Shown in pieces: positions 28,343 to 36,600 of a stretch of 64,000 nt of DNA. The notes beneath the pieces were generated by a model. That model worked only from the letters and a program-made list of their open reading frames with translations. It searched no databases and was not told the origin of the DNA. How positions within the stretch are numbered: position 1 is the first letter of the stretch; each line of letters opens with the position of its first letter. The position numbers and the translations under genes were made by a program. Source of the stretch: Nocardioidaceae bacterium (GTDB lineage Bacteria; Actinomycetota; Actinomycetes; Propionibacteriales; Nocardioidaceae). Location: positions 11,536 through 75,535 of the forward strand of contig DATGYO010000083.1 in assembly GCA_035297905.1 (NCBI GenBank), written 5' to 3'.

Positions 28343-28695
28343 GGATCCATGTCCTGAGGACGCTGTGCGGCTCTGCCCGGCGCTCCCAGGCTCATCCCCG
28401 CCGGGCCTGCTCCTCGTGTCGTCCGCTGACACGACCTTCGTCGGCCCCAGTCAGTCAGTGAGGCGCGGGTAAGCCACACCCGCTGCTGCTACCTCAAAGC
28501 AGCCTTTCGCTCATACCGCCCAACCACCACTATCGACCCAGAGCTCCGGTCACTGTCTCTTCGGACTTATCCCGAAAAGTTGTCTGGACGTCCCTCAAGG
28601 TGCGTTTTGCGCGTGCCGACGGGTGGCATTTTCCCCTGCGACGGGGGCCGCGATTCAGCTCGAAGTTCGCATTCCCGCCGTCGACTCCTGGGTTG

Positions 28696-29670
28696 GTGAT
28701 CACCGTGGCGCGACCACGCCACAAGCACGTCGCACGCAAGCCGTACCGGCCTCGCATCGTCCGCTTCGGCCTGGCCGCGTCAGCGGTTCTGGCGTTGGGT
28801 ACCCCCGCGACCGCGATGGTCTGGCCGGACGACGGGCGGGTCGAGGCGACACCGATGGTCACGGCGAAGCCGGTCCTGGTGCGAACCTCGCCCGTGCCTA
28901 TGCGCGTGGCGCCGATCACCCGCGCCGAGCCACGTGTGCGCCTCCAGGAGAAACCGCCGGCGGTCGTGGACCACATGTTCGCCACCGCGCCGCTCAACGT
29001 GCGGACCGATCCTTCCGAAAGCTCGAAGCTGCTCGGCGTACTCAGCTGGTCCGACAAGATCGCGGTCACCGGCAACAGCCGAGGTAAGTGGACCGAGGTC
29101 GTCATCGGAGGCAGATCCCGTTGGGTCCACAGCGCTTACCTCGCCGAGAAGAGCCCCAAGCGGGACACCGCGACCGAGACGTCGACGGCGGCCGCGCCGG
29201 CCGCGCAGCCGAGCAAGCAGGCCGACGCCCAGCCCGCCACGCCTGACACTGCTGGTTCCGCGGCAGCGAGCACGGACAGCGCGTCGGCACCGGCGTCGAG
29301 CCTCCTGTCGACGGCACCCTGCGCGACGGGCTCCGACGTGGAGAGCGGGCTAGTCGCCAACGGGGTCACGGTGCACCGCGCGGTCTGCGCGGCGTTCCCG
29401 GCGATCACGACGTACGGCGGGGTGCGGCCGGGTGACCCGGGTGACCATGGGACCGGCCACGCGCTCGACATCATGATCCCCGACTCCTCGACAGGCGACC
29501 AGATTGCTGCCTGGGTCCGCGAGCACGCGACCGAGCTCGGCGTCAGCGAGGTGATCTGGTCCCAGCGCATCTGGACCGTCCAGCGCACCAGCGAGGGCTG
29601 GCGCCTGATGGAGGACAGGGGCTCCACCACTGCGAACCACTACGACCACGTCCACGTCACCGTGTACTGA
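28696..29670 (+). CDS. Signal-anchored SH3b-domain protein with ARB_07466-like C-terminal domain
   Basis: Basic N-terminus plus hydrophobic 'FGLAASAVLALGTPATA'. SH3b-like segment 'NVRTDPSESSKLLGVLSWSDKIAVTG..GKWTEV'. C-terminus 'GDHGTGHALDIM...IWSQRIW...HYDHVHVTVY'. GTG start at 28696 or 28705; the track start 28600 is unlikely because GC3 is low there. Confidence 0.7.
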   Translation: MITVARPRHKHVARKPYRPRIVRFGLAASAVLALGTPATAMVWPDDGRVEATPMVTAKPVLVRTSPVPMRVAPITRAEPRVRLQEKPPAVVDHMFATAPLNVRTDPSESSKLLGVLSWSDKIAVTGNSRGKWTEVVIGGRSRWVHSAYLAEKSPKRDTATETSTAAAPAAQPSKQADAQPATPDTAGSAAASTDSASAPASSLLSTAPCATGSDVESGLVANGVTVHRAVCAAFPAITTYGGVRPGDPGDHGTGHALDIMIPDSSTGDQIAAWVREHATELGVSEVIWSQRIWTVQRTSEGWRLMEDRGSTTANHYDHVHVTVY

Positions 29671-29758
29671 CGCGAACCACGCTTCGACCGCTTGACAGGC
29701 CCTGGGCCGAGCAGGACTCTCGACGTGAGCCCTGGTCAGTCAGAACGGGAGGCGTCCG

Positions 29759-30205
29759 GTGAGCAGCCTGAGGCGCAGGTTGACCCGAACCGGGAACCGG
29801 ATCGGCGTGTGGATGTACCGGACTCTTGACGGGCGACTCGCCAGTGGCAGCAAGGACATCCATGTGCTCATGATCACCACCCCGGGCCGGCGTACCGGAA
29901 TCCCCCGCTCCACGTGTGTGCGCTACCTCGACACCGCTGACGGGTTCCTCGTCTGGGGCACCGGGTCCGGCTCGCCGACAGACCCCGACTGGTTCCGCAA
30001 CCTCCGCCGGGCCGAGCTCGCGGAGGTGCAGGTGAGGGCCAGGCGGCTACAGGTCCGCCCCCGGGAGCTGGTCGGCGGCGACCGGGACGCGATCTGGAAC
30101 AACGTCGTGCTTGCTCATGCGCCGGAAGTCGACAAGTACGCGCGACGCGCCGGCCGGACCATCCCGGTGGCAGTTCTCGAGCCAGTCGACGGTCCGTCCG
30201 TCTGA
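29759..30205 (+). CDS. Deazaflavin (F420)-dependent nitroreductase family protein (Ddn/DUF385-like)
   Basis: 148 aa with 'LMITTPGRRTGIPRSTCVRY...GSGSPTDPDWFRNL' typical of the Ddn family. Confidence 0.8.
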   Translation: MSSLRRRLTRTGNRIGVWMYRTLDGRLASGSKDIHVLMITTPGRRTGIPRSTCVRYLDTADGFLVWGTGSGSPTDPDWFRNLRRAELAEVQVRARRLQVRPRELVGGDRDAIWNNVVLAHAPEVDKYARRAGRTIPVAVLEPVDGPSV

Positions 30206-30221
30206 GGGGCCCCCACTCCCG

Positions 30222-31718
30222 CTAGGGTGCGGCCCCGTAGGAGACGTCGGTGCACGGGTGCGTCGCGGCGGAGCGGGCGCCCACGGTGATGCTCGCCGGC
30301 AACGGCCGGCTCGTGGCGACCGATCGCAGGCTCCGGATCCGGTGTTGCGCCCCCAGCCGCAGTCGCAGTCCTGGCTGAGAGTCGACGCGAGTCCGGGCAC
30401 CGACGAACGCTGCCGCCAGGGCGTGTGCCTGACCCTCGAGGCCTGGTCCGTACTCGACCAGCGTGCGGCGCTCCCCCGGCCCGTTCGCCACGACGCTCAC
30501 CCGGATGCCGGCTTTGCGAAGAACCACCGCTGTCCGAGCCCCGAGGCCGGTGACGGAGGTCCCGTTGAGCACGGTGACCGGCTTCGTCACGGAGGCCAGC
30601 GTCTGTGCGACCGTGAGAGGCCGGGTCTTCGTCGACCGGTCCCCGGAGCTGACCGGCTCGTCGTTACGGAGGGCCGCCCAGAGGCGATCGACATCGGGGT
30701 GCACCAGGGCCACCCGCGGACCGTCGTACCGCCACGGAGTGGTGACGAAGACGATGTCCTCCGGCGACATGTGCCGGAGGCTCACGAGAAACGAGACGAG
30801 CTTGTCCGCGGTGCCGAGCTCCGCGTCGACGGTGAGGTACTTCGTCGCAGCACTGGCCAGCGGAACGATGCGGGTCGGCGTGACCCCTTCGGCACGCACC
30901 TTCGCGACGACACTGCCGAGAAAGGCCTGCTGCCGCCGCATTCGGCCGATGTCCGAACCATCCCCGATGCCGTGGCGCAGGCGCACGTAGTCCAGCGCCT
31001 TCGTCCCTGAAACGGTCTGCAGACCCTTGTGGAAGACCAGCTTGCCCTGCTGCCCGAGGTTGGGGTCGAGGTCGCCCTGGTAGACGGGGTTCGGCACGCA
31101 CACCGGTACACCGCCGACGATCTTGGTCATGGCCGCGAACCCGACGAAGTCCGCCACCACCGTGTGGTCGACGCGCATGCCGGTGAGCTTCTCCACCGTG
31201 TTCACGGTGCACGCGGGGTTTCCGGATGCGGTCTGCCCGACCGAGAAGGCGGCGTTGAACATCGCTTGCCGCTGCGGCTGCGACCAGTTGCCGTCCGGGA
31301 GCCGGCAGGCGGGGATGTCCACAAGAGCGTCACGTGGAATCGACACCGCGACAGCGCGGCGTCCGCCTTCGTAGACGTGCACGAGAAGCGTGGTGTCCGA
31401 CCGCCCGACCGCTGGTCCCGCACCACCCAGGCCGCGGTCGGCCCCGGCTCGAGAGTCCGACCCGATCAGGAGGATGTTCTGTCCGTGGACCGATGGCGGT
31501 GGACGGTGCCTGCTGATCCCGCTGGCGCTGAACGTGTTGATGCTGCGGTCAAGGCTGACGTAGGCGACCACGGAGCCGGCGAGGAGCAGCGACATGAGTC
31601 CCGCCAGCAGTACCAGTACCACCCGAAGGGCGCGCCGACGCCGATGTGGGGCCTCGGGTTGTCGGCCGTCGGCGGGAACGCTCGGGGAGTCACCCGGCAC
31701 GGCAGTGCCCTTCCACAC
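30222..31718 (-). CDS. LCP (LytR-CpsA-Psr) family protein with LytR_C domain
   Basis: N-terminal TM anchor. 'NILLIGSDSRAG', 'RSDTTLLVHV' and 'VSIPRDALV' are LCP core motifs. The C-terminal region resembles LytR_C. Confidence 0.85.
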   Translation of the reverse strand: MWKGTAVPGDSPSVPADGRQPEAPHRRRRALRVVLVLLAGLMSLLLAGSVVAYVSLDRSINTFSASGISRHRPPPSVHGQNILLIGSDSRAGADRGLGGAGPAVGRSDTTLLVHVYEGGRRAVAVSIPRDALVDIPACRLPDGNWSQPQRQAMFNAAFSVGQTASGNPACTVNTVEKLTGMRVDHTVVADFVGFAAMTKIVGGVPVCVPNPVYQGDLDPNLGQQGKLVFHKGLQTVSGTKALDYVRLRHGIGDGSDIGRMRRQQAFLGSVVAKVRAEGVTPTRIVPLASAATKYLTVDAELGTADKLVSFLVSLRHMSPEDIVFVTTPWRYDGPRVALVHPDVDRLWAALRNDEPVSSGDRSTKTRPLTVAQTLASVTKPVTVLNGTSVTGLGARTAVVLRKAGIRVSVVANGPGERRTLVEYGPGLEGQAHALAAAFVGARTRVDSQPGLRLRLGAQHRIRSLRSVATSRPLPASITVGARSAATHPCTDVSYGAAP

Positions 31719-31813
31719 GTCGGCAGGTCGTCTTGGACTAGACGAACGAGCGGGCCGACTCGTTCCCGGGCATCACCGAGCTTGGTCATACCGCTCATCC
31801 AGGCGCCCCGCGG

Positions 31814-33148
31814 TCATACCACCTCGAAGCGCTCCGAGTGGATCCTGCGAACCGGCACGCCACGCTCCTTCAGCTGCTCACCGACGGCCACGACCATCAT
31901 CGGCGGCCCGCAGAGGAAGTAGTCGAAGCGCCCCCGTCCATGAGGGGGCAGCCACCTGTCGAGCAGAGCTCCGTCGATGCGACCGGACTCCCCCGGCCAC
32001 CCCTCAGGCGGCTGCTGGAGCGCGTACACGACCTGTAACGACAGCCGCTCGCCGAGTCGGTCGATCTCCTGGCGCATGACGATGTCGTGCTCGGTGCGGG
32101 CTGAGAGCAACAGCAGGTGGTTGCGGTGGTCATCCCGGTCGGCGAGGGTGCGCAACATGCTGAGCATCGGCGTGACACCGATCCCGCCTGCGATGAAGAC
32201 GAAGCCCCACGACGCGTCGAGACCGTCGATGGTCATCTGGCCGTAGGGCCCGTCCAGGAACACCCGCCGCCCCGGACGCATGCCGCGCAGCAGCTCGCTG
32301 AAGTCCCCGAGCGCCTTGATCGTGAACTGCTTGCGCTGAGGCTCCGTCGCGGTCGAGGCGATGGTGAACGGGTGTTCCTCGAAGACGAAGCACGACGAAC
32401 CGATCTTCAACCATGCGAACTGGCCCGCGCGGAACGGGACACCCGGGTGTCCGTTCGCCCGGAGGTCGAGCGTGACGGCATCGCCGGACACCTCCGTGAC
32501 GCCCTCGACCACGTAGCTGCGCCGACGCGCCCTCAGCGGCAACCACAGCCACCGGCGCAACGCCACCGAGACCACGAGCGCGCCCATCAAGGCGAACCAC
32601 ACACCGAGCGCCAGGTAGTCAGCCAGGTGATGCAGCCACCAGACGTGCAGCCACGCTCCGACGAACACTGTGCCGGCCATGGCGATGTGCAGGAGTCGCC
32701 AGCCCTCGTACCGGGGTTGCCGTCGCTTGCGGCGCAGCGCCAGGCCGACGACCGCGGCGAGAGCGAGGGTCGAGACGACAGCCGCCCGGGCAGCCCAGGT
32801 CGTATGCGGGAGATCGAAGATCGAGAGGCCCCGGGGGTCGCTGACCAGGACCAGGAGGATGTGGGCCACGACCAGCGCCACGCCGGCGACGGCTACCACG
32901 CGGTGTATCCGCAGGATCGTCTCGATGCCGAAGCAGGACAACAGGGATCGCACCCGTGCCATGAGCACGAAGGCGGCGACCAAGAGCGAGAAGGCAACCA
33001 GACCGGTGTTGATCGCCGACATCTCGAGCGCCCCACCGTGCAAGGAGTCGTCGGTAACTGCCCACACAAGGGCTCGTGGGGCGACGAGGATCCCCAGGTA
33101 CCCGAGAATCCACGTCGTTCTTGTCATTCGGGCGGCGGTCCCCTGCAT
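31814..33148 (-). CDS. NOX/FRE-type ferric-reductase-like flavocytochrome (6-TM heme domain + FAD/NAD(P)H domain)
   Basis: Two His pairs spaced by 13 residues in TM helices ('HRVVAVAGVALVVAH', 'HIAMAGTVFVGAWLH'). FAD motif 'HPFTIAS', NAD(P)H motif 'AGGIGVTP', and C-terminal 'LCGPP'. Confidence 0.8.
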   Translation of the reverse strand: MQGTAARMTRTTWILGYLGILVAPRALVWAVTDDSLHGGALEMSAINTGLVAFSLLVAAFVLMARVRSLLSCFGIETILRIHRVVAVAGVALVVAHILLVLVSDPRGLSIFDLPHTTWAARAAVVSTLALAAVVGLALRRKRRQPRYEGWRLLHIAMAGTVFVGAWLHVWWLHHLADYLALGVWFALMGALVVSVALRRWLWLPLRARRRSYVVEGVTEVSGDAVTLDLRANGHPGVPFRAGQFAWLKIGSSCFVFEEHPFTIASTATEPQRKQFTIKALGDFSELLRGMRPGRRVFLDGPYGQMTIDGLDASWGFVFIAGGIGVTPMLSMLRTLADRDDHRNHLLLLSARTEHDIVMRQEIDRLGERLSLQVVYALQQPPEGWPGESGRIDGALLDRWLPPHGRGRFDYFLCGPPMMVVAVGEQLKERGVPVRRIHSERFEVV

Positions 33149-33186
33149 ACTCCACCATTCCCCCCCGGATTGTTGGGTGCCTGAGG

Positions 33187-33456
33187 TCAGGCGGCGGCAT
33201 CCTTCGTGTGCAGGCGCGTGCGGCAGGCGCAGACATGGACGAGGCCACTAGCGAGGCAGGGAGGCGTCACGGGTCGGCAGGACCCGCAGATCGGTGGCGT
33301 CATCGCGCACCAGATGCAGGTCCACACGTGCAGGGTGCACGTGTCGATCGAAGCCTCCGCGTCGCTCGAGGGAGGGTCGAGGTCCACCCGCCAGAGCGCG
33401 GCCGCCCCCGTCTGGGGAATGAGCTGCTGTGGCTCTTGGTCGGGCTGCGCCGTCAT
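33187..33456 (-). CDS. Candidate small Cys-rich protein (89 aa, 8 Cys)
   Basis: MTAQPDQ...TCTLHVWTCIWCAMTPPICGSCRPVTPPCLASGLVHVCACRTRLH. GC3 is clearly high. A GACGGA SD-like sequence lies 6 nt upstream. The gene ends 38 nt before the flavocytochrome gene. Confidence 0.45.
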   Translation of the reverse strand: MTAQPDQEPQQLIPQTGAAALWRVDLDPPSSDAEASIDTCTLHVWTCIWCAMTPPICGSCRPVTPPCLASGLVHVCACRTRLHTKDAAA

Positions 33457-33636
33457 GTGCATTCCGTCTCGGCTGGAAAGGCTGGGTCCCCGTGTCAATA
33501 GAAATCCCCGCCGAATCGGTGATGCGAAACACACGTCTAGACACCAAGTTCCGTTTTCGGGCGCTCCACACGTCTTGTGGCAGACACAGGCCAGCCACCC
33601 GGCGCCGGCGCACCGGGTGGCTGGACGGGGGTCACG

Positions 33637-35115
33637 TCATGAAGGCTGGACGCTCGGTGACGCGCCCTTTGCTGCGCTCTGCTCCTCGAAGACCGCTACC
33701 ACCTCCTCCACCGAGAGGTGCTTGGTCTCCGGCAGGAAGCGGGCGACGAAGGCAACCGCCAGGACGGACAGACCGGCCAGGAGGACCATCACCCACGACA
33801 GCCCCATGGCGGCCGTCAACGCGGGGAAGGCGACGATGACCGCGAAGTTGGCCAGCCAGTCGACACTCGCGCCGATCGACGCTGCGGTCCCTCGGACCGC
33901 CGTCGGGAACACCTCGCCCTGGATCAGCCATCCGGTTCCGCCGACTCCGATCGCGAAGGAGGTGATGAACAGGGAGAACCCCACCATCACCACGACCATC
34001 TTGGGCGCGCCCGTGAGGAACGCTATACCCACCGTCGCGACGAGCATGAACAGCGCCATTCCTGCGAAGCCGCCGAGAGCGAGCGGCCGCCGGCCGTGCC
34101 GGTCGATCCAGCGGAAGCCGAAGTACGTCGCAACCACGTTGACCGCGCCAAGGATGGCCGCAGCCTGGAGACCTGCCATCGAGGCGTCGATCGCGCTCGA
34201 CGACGGGGACTTGAAAACCTCGCCGAGCAGCTGCGGGCCGTAGTAGAAGGGGACGTTGATGCCGGTGATCTGCTGGAAGACGAAGAAGACGCAAACCACC
34301 ATCAGTGCCCTCTTCACGCCGGAAGTCCAGGTGCGCTTGCGCTGGCGCTCTTCACGGGCCTCTCTCGCCTCGAGCTTCTCCGCGGTCTGCCGCGCCTCTT
34401 CCTCGGTGACCTCGATCCCGAGCTGTCCCAGGGCCTTCTTGGTCTCGGCATAGCGGCCCTTGTGGAGCAGCCAGCGCGGTGACTCGGGCATCCGTGCCCG
34501 CAGAGCTACCGCGAGCACTGCAGGCACGGCCCCCAGACCGAGGATGATCCGCCAGTCGGCGCCCTTTGCCTGGTCCGGTGCCAGGTTGAAGATCAACAAG
34601 GCGACCAGGTAGGAGACCAGGATGCCGACGGTGATCATCCACTGCTGGATGATGCTGAGCTGTCCTCGCCGCTTCGCGGGCGCGAACTCGGCGATGTAGG
34701 CGGTGGCGATCGCGGAGTCTGCACCGACCGCGAGGCCGATGAGCGTACGAGCACCGAGGAGCATGCCCGCGTTGATCGTCACCGCCGACAGGATCGCACC
34801 GACCGCGTAGATGAGGGCATCGGCCATCAGCAGGGACTTCCGCCCGAACCGGTCGGTGAGTGGCCCGGCCGCCAGTGCGCCCACCGCTGCACCGAGCGAG
34901 GCCCCTGCGACGAGGTAGCCGGTGGCGAGCGGGGACAGCTCGTAGGGGACGAAATCCAGGACAGAGCCGATGACTGCCGTGTCGTAGCCGAAGAGGAATC
35001 CGCCGATACAGGCCAGCAACGCCAGGTACCAGTAGAACGACGACATAGCCGACGTGTCCAGCCCCGCAAGCACCCCCTCGCTCCTCGTCTGCTCGGATCG
35101 TTCTGACGCGGTCAT
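33637..35115 (-). CDS. MFS sugar porter family transporter
   Basis: 12-TM pattern. 'DRFGRKSLL', 'PESPRWL' and 'LPETK' are sugar-porter signatures. Confidence 0.9.
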   Translation of the reverse strand: MTASERSEQTRSEGVLAGLDTSAMSSFYWYLALLACIGGFLFGYDTAVIGSVLDFVPYELSPLATGYLVAGASLGAAVGALAAGPLTDRFGRKSLLMADALIYAVGAILSAVTINAGMLLGARTLIGLAVGADSAIATAYIAEFAPAKRRGQLSIIQQWMITVGILVSYLVALLIFNLAPDQAKGADWRIILGLGAVPAVLAVALRARMPESPRWLLHKGRYAETKKALGQLGIEVTEEEARQTAEKLEAREAREERQRKRTWTSGVKRALMVVCVFFVFQQITGINVPFYYGPQLLGEVFKSPSSSAIDASMAGLQAAAILGAVNVVATYFGFRWIDRHGRRPLALGGFAGMALFMLVATVGIAFLTGAPKMVVVMVGFSLFITSFAIGVGGTGWLIQGEVFPTAVRGTAASIGASVDWLANFAVIVAFPALTAAMGLSWVMVLLAGLSVLAVAFVARFLPETKHLSVEEVVAVFEEQSAAKGASPSVQPS

Positions 35116-35294
35116 CGGGCACCTCCCAGCTGGATGTTGGACGTCTCCGCGGTGTTACCCAGGTCACATCCGGCAATGCGTGGGGCGGCTCGCTCCGGTC
35201 CAGACACCTCTGAACCCGGAGCTCATTCGCTGCGTGTGAACGGGAGTACGCAGCAACGCCAGAGCGGCCCGCTGCCGGAGCCCGAGGAGGCGCC

Positions 35295-36395
35295 ATGGTT
35301 ACCCACTCCCTGTCCCGAACACTGGCGGTGACAGCAGGTGTCGCCGTCGTAGGGGCCGCCGCTGCGTCCTTCGCCTTGCTCCCCGCGCAGGCGGGTGACC
35401 ACGGCGGAGGAAGCGACAGCTTCCGAGAGGTCAGGCTCGTCGCCGACAGGCATGGCCAGGCCCGGATCACCGATCCGAAGCTGGTCAACCCCTGGGGCCT
35501 GGCCGCATCCCCCACGAGTCCCCTGTGGGTGTCGAACAACGGCACCAGCACCTCGACGCTCTACCAGGGCGCCACGTCCGGGAAGTCGGTCATGAAGGTG
35601 CCGCTGGACGTGAAGATCCCGGGCGGGGGTGCCCCGACAGGGGTGGTGTACAACCCGACCGACGGTTTCAAGCTCACGAGCGACGGCAAGTCCGGGCCTG
35701 CCCTGTTCATCTTCGCCGGGGAGGACGGTGACATCTCGGCCTGGAACAAGTCCGGCGACATCAAGAAGGCAGTCCTCGTCGCGAAGAGCCGGCACACCAT
35801 CTACAAGGGACTCACCATGGTGAGGACCGGCGGCAAGGAGTACCTGCTCGCGGCGGACTTCCACAACAACCGCGTCGACGTGTTCGACGACCACTTCCAG
35901 CACGTCACGGCGCCGAACGCCTTCAGCAGCAAGCACGTCCCCCACGGCTACGCCCCGTTCGGCATCGCCGACCTCGACGGGCGGGTGTATGTGACATACG
36001 CCAAGCAGGACAAGAACAAGAAGGACGACGTCGCCGGCCCCGGTCACGGCTTCGTCAACGTGTTCGACGAGCGCGGTCGGTTCCGCGAGTCGCTCGTGCG
36101 GCGCGGTGTGCTCGACTCCCCATGGGGGCTGGCGATCGCCCCGCACGGCTCCGGCTCCTTCGCGGGCAAGCTCCTTGTCGGCAACTTCGGCGACGGCCGG
36201 ATCCACGTGGTGGACCAGCACGACGGCCGGGTGGTCGCGACGCTGCTCGGGAAAGGACACCACCCGATCGTGATCGACGGTCTCTGGGGCCTTGTGCCAG
36301 GCAACGGCACCTCGGGCGACAGGTCCGACGTCTGGTTCAGCGCCGGTCCGGACGACGAGTCACACGGACTGCTGGGGATCTTGGAGCAGCGCTGA
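35295..36395 (+). CDS. TIGR03118-family secreted protein (NHL/beta-propeller-like)
   Basis: Signal peptide, then 'LVADRHGQARITDPKLVNPWGLAASPTSPLWVSNNGT' typical of that uncharacterised family. Confidence 0.7.
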   Translation: MVTHSLSRTLAVTAGVAVVGAAAASFALLPAQAGDHGGGSDSFREVRLVADRHGQARITDPKLVNPWGLAASPTSPLWVSNNGTSTSTLYQGATSGKSVMKVPLDVKIPGGGAPTGVVYNPTDGFKLTSDGKSGPALFIFAGEDGDISAWNKSGDIKKAVLVAKSRHTIYKGLTMVRTGGKEYLLAADFHNNRVDVFDDHFQHVTAPNAFSSKHVPHGYAPFGIADLDGRVYVTYAKQDKNKKDDVAGPGHGFVNVFDERGRFRESLVRRGVLDSPWGLAIAPHGSGSFAGKLLVGNFGDGRIHVVDQHDGRVVATLLGKGHHPIVIDGLWGLVPGNGTSGDRSDVWFSAGPDDESHGLLGILEQR

Positions 36396-36410
36396 CCCAG
36401 CCCCGAGGAT

Positions 36411-36459
36411 GACAGCCGTCCGCCGGGACGGGCAGGGGCCGTTCCGGCGAGCGGCTGTC
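36411..36459 (+). terminator. Long hairpin after the TIGR03118-family gene
   Basis: 21-position stem (one mismatch, two G-U pairs) GACAGCCGTCCGCCGGGACGG/CCGTTCCGGCGAGCGGCTGTC with a 7-nt loop. Starts 16 nt after the stop. Confidence 0.6.
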
Positions 36460-36600
36460 GGCGTTCCCTGCGTGCCATCCAGGCTGGGGTCACGTGGTGA
36501 ACCCGTGCATGCGTCCATCGTGGTGCCCGCTTCGGCCGGCACCGGTCGTGTCGACGCGGAGACGCGTGCATCGCGGTGCGCAACAGTGCAGGGTGGCCCC

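Noticed and set aside
28307-28406. Two hairpins with C-rich loops interpreted as a 6C small RNA.
   Set aside because: The first loop has only five consecutive C residues. The second loop is long and only moderately C-rich. The genomic context does not match what I recall for 6C loci. I kept this only as a cmsearch suggestion within the leader finding.
33187-33534. The H-x3-C-x2-C motif ('HVWTCIWC') in the Cys-rich mini-protein, read as a ZAS-type anti-sigma factor. Also the longer 115-aa version of the ORF.
   Set aside because: No ECF sigma gene is adjacent, and there is no upstream first zinc ligand at the usual spacing. The protein has eight regularly spaced Cys, unlike ZAS domains. The longer N-terminus lacks an SD and starts in low-GC3 sequence.
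36292-36600. N-terminal extension of the DUF429-RelA/SpoT ORF.
   Set aside because: The extension would run through the upstream terminator hairpin and overlaps the 3' end of the preceding gene. The DUF429-like sequence begins exactly at 'MYFVGVDLAWG' (ATG 36601).
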